Assembly: GCA_965228895.1 (NCBI GenBank)
Contig: OZ245842.1
Span: 2,976,001-3,040,000 of the forward strand
DNA from: Alphaproteobacteria bacterium
GTDB lineage: Bacteria > Pseudomonadota > Alphaproteobacteria > SP197
DNA: 64,000 nucleotides
Direction: 5' to 3'
Shown here: positions 58,946 through 64,000 of the stretch, piece by piece
How positions within the stretch are numbered: the first letter of the stretch is position 1
How the letters are laid out: each line of letters begins with the position of its first letter
Position numbers and translations under genes: made by a program
The notes under the pieces: model-generated
The model's database searches: none
What the model saw: the letters and a program-made list of their open reading frames with translations, nothing else
What the model was told of the DNA's origin: nothing

Positions 58946-58982
58946 CGATAACAACAACAGGTCCAATGATCAGGTGCGGGGC

Positions 58983-59621
58983 ATGAAGCGCCTACTGTTT
59001 TCGATCGATAATCTCAGCGCGTGGACCGGCAAGGCATTCGCGTGGTGCATCGTCGTCTTGACGTTCGCCACCTGCTACGAGGTCTTCGTCCGCTACGTCA
59101 TCAACCAGCCGACCGCCTGGGCGTTCGACATGAGTGTCCAGATGTACGGCGCGCTGTTCCTGATGGCCGGCGCCTATGCGTTGTCGCGCAACAGCCACGT
59201 GCGCGGCGATGTCATCTACCGGCTGTTACCGATCAAGGCACAAGCCAGCATCGACCTTCTGCTCTACTTCATCTTTTTTATGCCCGGCGCCATTGCGTTG
59301 ATCGTCTCCGGCTACTTCTACGCCTATGATTCCTGGTTCTATAAGGAAGTCGCCTGGTCGAGCCCGGCGCGTATCCAGATCTACTTCTTCAAGACGCTTA
59401 TCCCGGCCGCCGGCGTCCTGCTCTTTTTGCAGGGGATCGCCGAAATCGTGCGTTGCGTGCATTGCATCCGCCGCGGCTACTGGCCCGAACGCCAGGCCGA
59501 CGTCGAAGAGACGGAGACCATGCTAATGCATGAGGCGGAGGATCTGCACGCGATTGATCACGACGATGCGGCAGCGTCCCTCGAAGCGCGCGAGTCGAAA
59601 TCCGAGGAGCCGAAGCCATGA
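58983..59621 (+). CDS. dctQ: TRAP transporter small permease
   Basis: YEVFVRY...PTAWA, HVRGDVIY, 4 TMs. Confidence 0.9.
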   Translation: MKRLLFSIDNLSAWTGKAFAWCIVVLTFATCYEVFVRYVINQPTAWAFDMSVQMYGALFLMAGAYALSRNSHVRGDVIYRLLPIKAQASIDLLLYFIFFMPGAIALIVSGYFYAYDSWFYKEVAWSSPARIQIYFFKTLIPAAGVLLFLQGIAEIVRCVHCIRRGYWPERQADVEETETMLMHEAEDLHAIDHDDAAASLEARESKSEEPKP

Positions 59622-60964
59622 GCGATCCCATGGTCGCCATCATGATGCTCGGGCTCTTTATCCTGATCGTTCTTCTGGGTTTCCCGATCGCTTTCACACT
59701 CATCGCAATGGGTTTGGGTTTTGGCTACTACGCCTATTACCAGCCCGAACGCATGGACCACCTTCTGGACAACCGGATCTTTGATCTGTTCGTCCAAAAC
59801 ACGTTCTCGGTCATGTCGAACGATGTGCTGGTGGCGGTGCCGCTGTTTTTGTTTATGGGCTACGTGGTCGAACGGGCCAACATCGTGAACCGGCTGTTCT
59901 TCAGCCTACAGCTTGCCGCGCGTCATCTGCCGGGCTCCATGGCGGTCGCGGCGCTGGCAACCTGTGCCGTGTTCGCGACGGCAACCGGCATTGTCGGCGC
60001 GGTCGTGACCTTGATGGGTCTGCTCGCTTTCCCGGTCATGTTGCGCGCCGGTTACGACGAGAAATTCGCTGCCGGCGTGATCTGTGCGGGCGGCTGCCTG
60101 GGCATCCTGATCCCGCCCAGCATCATGCTGATCGTCTATGCCGCGATCGCCCAGGTCTCGCCGGTCAGGCTTTATGCCGCGGCACTCTTCCCGGGTTTCA
60201 TGCTGGCCGGGCTTTACATGCTTTATGTCATCGGCCGCGCGTCACTGAACCCCAAGCTGGCGCCCAAACCGCCACAAGAGATCGTGCCGCCCGTGGCGCA
60301 GATCATCTGGCAGTTGATGACCAGCTTCGTGCCGCTGGCCGTGCTGATCTTGTCGGTGCTGGGCGCCATTCTGTTCGGCGTCGCAACGCCGGCAGAAGCG
60401 GCGGGTGTCGGATCGTTCGGCGGCCTGTTCCTGGCCGCGTGTTACCGGGCGCTGACATGGCAGCGTCTGAAAGAAGCCGTGTTTTTGACCGCGCGGACAT
60501 CGGCCATGGTGTGCTGGCTGTTCGTGGGGTCGTGGACCTTTGCGTCCGTTTTCTCCTATCTCGGCGGCCACACGCTGATCGAGGATTGGGTGCTGGCGGC
60601 GGACCTGTCGCCGATCGAGTTCCTGATCCTGGCCCAGCTCATCATCTTCCTGCTCGGCTGGCCGCTTGAGTGGAGCGAGATCATCATCATCTTTGTGCCG
60701 ATCTTCCTGCCCATGCTCGCAGTGTTCGGCATCGATCCGCTGTTCTTCGGCATTTTGGTCGCCCTCAACCTGCAGACTTCGTTCCTGACACCGCCCATGG
60801 CGATGGCCGCCTATTACCTGAAGGGGGTAGCGCCGCCCCATGTGGAGCTGATGAGTATCTTCAAGGGCGTCATGCCGTTCTTGATGATGGTCTTCATCGC
60901 CATGGCGATGCTCTACATTTTCCCCGAACTGGCGCTCTGGCTGCCCGTGTTCTTCTTCGGTTGA
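59618..60964 (+). CDS. dctM: TRAP transporter large permease
   Basis: AVPLFLFMG, LGILIPPSI, ATPAEA, SFLTPP. Confidence 0.92.
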   Translation: MSDPMVAIMMLGLFILIVLLGFPIAFTLIAMGLGFGYYAYYQPERMDHLLDNRIFDLFVQNTFSVMSNDVLVAVPLFLFMGYVVERANIVNRLFFSLQLAARHLPGSMAVAALATCAVFATATGIVGAVVTLMGLLAFPVMLRAGYDEKFAAGVICAGGCLGILIPPSIMLIVYAAIAQVSPVRLYAAALFPGFMLAGLYMLYVIGRASLNPKLAPKPPQEIVPPVAQIIWQLMTSFVPLAVLILSVLGAILFGVATPAEAAGVGSFGGLFLAACYRALTWQRLKEAVFLTARTSAMVCWLFVGSWTFASVFSYLGGHTLIEDWVLAADLSPIEFLILAQLIIFLLGWPLEWSEIIIIFVPIFLPMLAVFGIDPLFFGILVALNLQTSFLTPPMAMAAYYLKGVAPPHVELMSIFKGVMPFLMMVFIAMAMLYIFPELALWLPVFFFG

Positions 60965-60978
60965 TGGTCCGCTAGACC

Positions 60979-62331
60979 ATGTCGGACGAACTGTCCCAGC
61001 TTGGCATTCACGCGGCCGCCGAAGGTATCGCCGCCGGACGTTTCTCATCGGAAGAGCTGGTGCGCGCCTGCCTGGAACGCATCGACAAATTCGATGCCGA
61101 CATCGAGGCCTGGGCCTACCTGGACCCCGAGCATGCGTTGGCGCAGGCGCGCGACGCCGACGACCAGCACCGGCGCGGCCGCGAACACGGCCCCCTGCAC
61201 GGCGTGCCTCTCGGCATCAAGGATATCTTCGACACCAAGGACATGCCGACCGAAGACGGTACGGTTCTGCATGCCGGACGCACGCCGGGTTATGACGCGG
61301 CCTGTGTCGCCAGCCTGCGCAGCGCCGGCGCGGTCCTGATGGGCAAGACCGTGACAGCCGAACTCGCCGCCTCGACGGATTCACCGAAGACGCGCAATCC
61401 GCACAATCGGGATCACAGCCCCGGCGGTTCGTCATCGGGCTCGGCAGCGGCGGTCGCCAGCTACATGGTGCCCGGCGCGATCGGCACGCAGACGGCCGGG
61501 TCCGTGATAAGGCCAGCGGCCTTCTGCGGCGTCTACGGTTACAAGCCGTCCTTCGGCTTGATCTCACGCCACCGGGTCTTGGGCATCTCGCGCACCCTCG
61601 ACACGATAGGCGCTTTCGCGCGTTCGCTTGGCGACGTCGCCCTGCTGGCCGAATGCATGATGGCGTACGACGACCGCGACCCCGACATGGTCAATCGCGC
61701 CCGGCCGACGGTGTCCGCCGCGGCCGACGAGACGCCGCCGCTGGCGCCGCGTCTTGCCTTTGTCCGCACGCACATCTGGGATCAGGCGAACGGCGAATGT
61801 CAGGAAGCCCTGGCCGAACTCAAAGACGCCCTGGGCGATCGGGTCGCCGATATCGACCTGGGTCCAACCTTCGCCACAGTAAACGACACGTTCCAAACAA
61901 TCTGCGCCGTCGAAACCGCCGCAAGCCTGGCGCGCGAATATGACGGGGGCAAAGACAAGCTGACCCCTTCCCTGGCGGCACTGATTGAAGAAGGGCGTAC
62001 CATCTCCGCGGTCGATTATGTCGAAGCCAAGAACCGGCGCAGCGATCTCGACCTGCTACTCGACGAGCTTTTCGGCGACTACGACGCGATTTTGACACCG
62101 GCCGTAACGGGCGCGGCACCGGGCATGGAAAGCACCGGCAGTTCGGCGTTCAACCGGCCATGGTCGCTGATGGGCGTGCCGGCGCTGAACCTGCCGCTGC
62201 TGCACGATGAGGCCGGCATGCCGATCGGCGTGCAACTGGTCGGCGCGCGCCATCACGACGTACGGTTGATGCGCACCGCCCGTTGGTTGTTAAATGAACT
62301 AGAAATCGATCAACCCGGAGCCCCCTTATGA
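60979..62331 (+). CDS. Amidase signature family enzyme
   Basis: GPLHGVPLGIKD, GKT, PGGSSSGSAAAVA, GTQTAGSVIRPAAFCG. Confidence 0.92.
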   Translation: MSDELSQLGIHAAAEGIAAGRFSSEELVRACLERIDKFDADIEAWAYLDPEHALAQARDADDQHRRGREHGPLHGVPLGIKDIFDTKDMPTEDGTVLHAGRTPGYDAACVASLRSAGAVLMGKTVTAELAASTDSPKTRNPHNRDHSPGGSSSGSAAAVASYMVPGAIGTQTAGSVIRPAAFCGVYGYKPSFGLISRHRVLGISRTLDTIGAFARSLGDVALLAECMMAYDDRDPDMVNRARPTVSAAADETPPLAPRLAFVRTHIWDQANGECQEALAELKDALGDRVADIDLGPTFATVNDTFQTICAVETAASLAREYDGGKDKLTPSLAALIEEGRTISAVDYVEAKNRRSDLDLLLDELFGDYDAILTPAVTGAAPGMESTGSSAFNRPWSLMGVPALNLPLLHDEAGMPIGVQLVGARHHDVRLMRTARWLLNELEIDQPGAPL

Positions 62332-62519
62332 ATGCCAAATGGGACAACGTGATCATGGGTGTGATCGGCATGGGGCTTCTCGGCGCGTTTCTGATTGGCC
62401 TTGCCATATCCATCGGCTCGATCCCATTCGGCATCATCGTCGTCGGCGTGCTGGCGCTCGCTCTTTACGAGTTCTACGAGTCCGCCGTGTTGCCGCTGAA
62501 GGGATCGCGCGACGATTGA
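62328..62519 (+). CDS. Small two-TM membrane protein
   Basis: ATGA overlap with the amidase stop, GGAG RBS, two hydrophobic helices. Confidence 0.7.
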   Translation: MNAKWDNVIMGVIGMGLLGAFLIGLAISIGSIPFGIIVVGVLALALYEFYESAVLPLKGSRDD

Positions 62520-62899
62520 GGCGTGCGGAATCCTGCGCGCACCCAGCGTACGGCGGGCATGGCGACGACCAAGATCAGCCCGATGATCAGCAACGTGTAG
62601 AGCCAGCCGAGCCTCTCGACATCGAGTGTTTCGCGATAGTGCGTCCAGCGATAGGACGCCAGGACTTGTTCTTCACAGAACACAGCAAGCGCTTCGACCT
62701 GGTCGGGCGCGCATTCGGCAGCGACTTCCGCGTCGATTTGTGCGCGCGCCGGCGTGCCAACCTCCGGCAAGCCGTAAGGTTCGTTGACAAGCAACACCAA
62801 CAGCGCGAACGCGGCGGCAAACAGGCAGAACAGCACAACCGCCAGACGGTCAAATCCCAGCTTGTAGCGGTCGCGCAATTTCTGTCGTCTCTCGGCCAT
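62474..62899 (-). CDS. Hypothetical two-TM membrane protein
   Basis: AAGGAG RBS, two TMs flanking a Cys-pair loop; 3' end overlaps the convergent small gene by 46 bp. Confidence 0.55.
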   Translation of the reverse strand: MAERRQKLRDRYKLGFDRLAVVLFCLFAAAFALLVLLVNEPYGLPEVGTPARAQIDAEVAAECAPDQVEALAVFCEEQVLASYRWTHYRETLDVERLGWLYTLLIIGLILVVAMPAVRWVRAGFRTPQSSRDPFSGNTADS

Positions 62900-62926
62900 C
62901 CCGCTCCTTCGAGTCTCACCGCCGTC

Positions 62927-63062
62927 GTAGCAGATCCTGTTAAATAGGATCGCTTTGTGATGCCATTAAACACGTGAATCCGCTCAACTCATAGATACAG
63001 AGCGGATTCACGTGGTTAGGTGGAACCGGTTAGCGGTTCCACCTAACCACGACCCGCTCTGG
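62927..63062. repeat. ~140-bp palindromic intergenic element (CIR/RIME-like), copy 2, inverted relative to copy 1
   Basis: Perfect 18-bp stem (63011-63028 / 63034-63051); GANTC at 62976 and 63005; aligns along its length with the reverse complement of 37364-37503. Confidence 0.85.
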
Positions 63063-63079
63063 TGTGCTATACAGACCCC

Positions 63080-64000
63080 ATGGGGCGACGGCGAGGCCTG
63101 CTAAGCGGGTATAGTGCAGGAAGCGATTGGTGTGAACTTTCGGGAAGGCGCGGCCACCCGGCGCGCCACGCCGCGCTGATCCGCAAACGCCTCTCGTCAC
63201 TCGACATCAATGACCTCAAGCAACGCGCCAGCGACGCCGAGCGCGAGTTGCACAATCTCGGCATCACGTTCACTGTCTACTCCGACAAGAACGCGATCGA
63301 CCGCATCCTGCCGTTCGACGTCGTCCCACGCCCGTTGTCGCACGAGGATTGGGAGATCATCGACACCGGCGTCAAGCAGCGTGTCGCAGCGATCAATCTC
63401 TTCCTGCACGACGTCTATCACGACCAGAAGATCTTGAAAGACGGCGTCGTGCCCAAGGACCTGGTCCTGGGTAACGAGAACTATCAACCGGCGATGGAAG
63501 GGCTCGCCGTGCCGCACGGCACCTATGTGCATATCTGCGGCATTGATCTGGTGCGCGACGAAAAGGGCGCCTTCAACGTTCTCGAAGACAACGGACGCTG
63601 CCCGTCAGGCGTCTCGTATGTGGTCGAGAACCGGCACATGATGATGCGCGCCTTTCCCGACTTGTCCGAAGGCATCGACATTCTGCCGGTCTCCGACTAC
63701 GGCGTTCGCCTGCACCAGGCCCTGGTCGAGATCGCACCGCCCAGCCGGCACGAGGCCCAGGTCGTGTTGCTGTCGCCCGGCGTCTACAACTCCGCCTATT
63801 TCGAGCACATCTTCCTGGCCCGCGAGATGGGCGTGCCGCTGGTCGAAGGCAGCGACCTGTTCGTCGAGAACGACCGCGTCTACATGAAGACGACCGAAGG
63901 GCCGGCGCGTGTCGATACGATCTACCGGCGCATCAGCGACGACTTCCTGGACCCCAAGGCGTTCAACCCGACGAGTATGCTGGGTGTGCCCGGGGTCATG
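63080..64000 (+). CDS. Circularly permuted ATP-grasp type 2 protein (DUF404/407), truncated by the right edge
   Basis: Not in the ORF track. GITFTVY...RILPFD..PR, HICGIDLVRD, VLEDNGRCPSGVSY, PGVYNSAYFEH, IYRRISDDFLDP. Confidence 0.92.
   Translation, partial: MGRRRGLLSGYSAGSDWCELSGRRGHPARHAALIRKRLSSLDINDLKQRASDAERELHNLGITFTVYSDKNAIDRILPFDVVPRPLSHEDWEIIDTGVKQRVAAINLFLHDVYHDQKILKDGVVPKDLVLGNENYQPAMEGLAVPHGTYVHICGIDLVRDEKGAFNVLEDNGRCPSGVSYVVENRHMMMRAFPDLSEGIDILPVSDYGVRLHQALVEIAPPSRHEAQVVLLSPGVYNSAYFEHIFLAREMGVPLVEGSDLFVENDRVYMKTTEGPARVDTIYRRISDDFLDPKAFNPTSMLGVPGVM

Overview
GC-rich bacterial chromosomal DNA, most consistent with an Alphaproteobacterium (aa3-type oxidase subunit IV, CIR/RIME-like repeats, zur-znuCB). 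I find about 65 CDSs and no rRNA, tRNA, CRISPR, prophage or transposase. The centrepiece is a cobalamin-dependent methyl-transfer cluster at 15.7-26.5 kb. A non-pyrrolysine MttB-family methyltransferase and an EamA transporter lie on the minus strand. Divergent from them is an operon of corrinoid protein, DUF1638, 'virulence factor' domain protein, MetF, MetV, a second MetF, a pterin-binding methyltransferase, a RACo/ASKHA activator and an SBF transporter. No homocysteine-binding module is present in the window. The three predicted partners of the corrinoid protein each carry an Arg-rich terminal tail, while the corrinoid protein has a very acidic N-terminus. Nearby genes fit methylated-osmolyte catabolism: GlxA/GbdR-like and BetI-like regulators, two Fe/2OG dioxygenases, a tandem pair of atypical OYE flavoproteins and a DMSP-lyase-like cupin. 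Two diverged ~140-bp palindromic intergenic elements (37.4 and 63.0 kb) show compensatory base changes and conserved GANTC sites. The rest is housekeeping or accessory metabolism and transport. All product calls come from motifs recognised by eye; no database searches were run. Many starts were moved downstream of the ORF-track starts.
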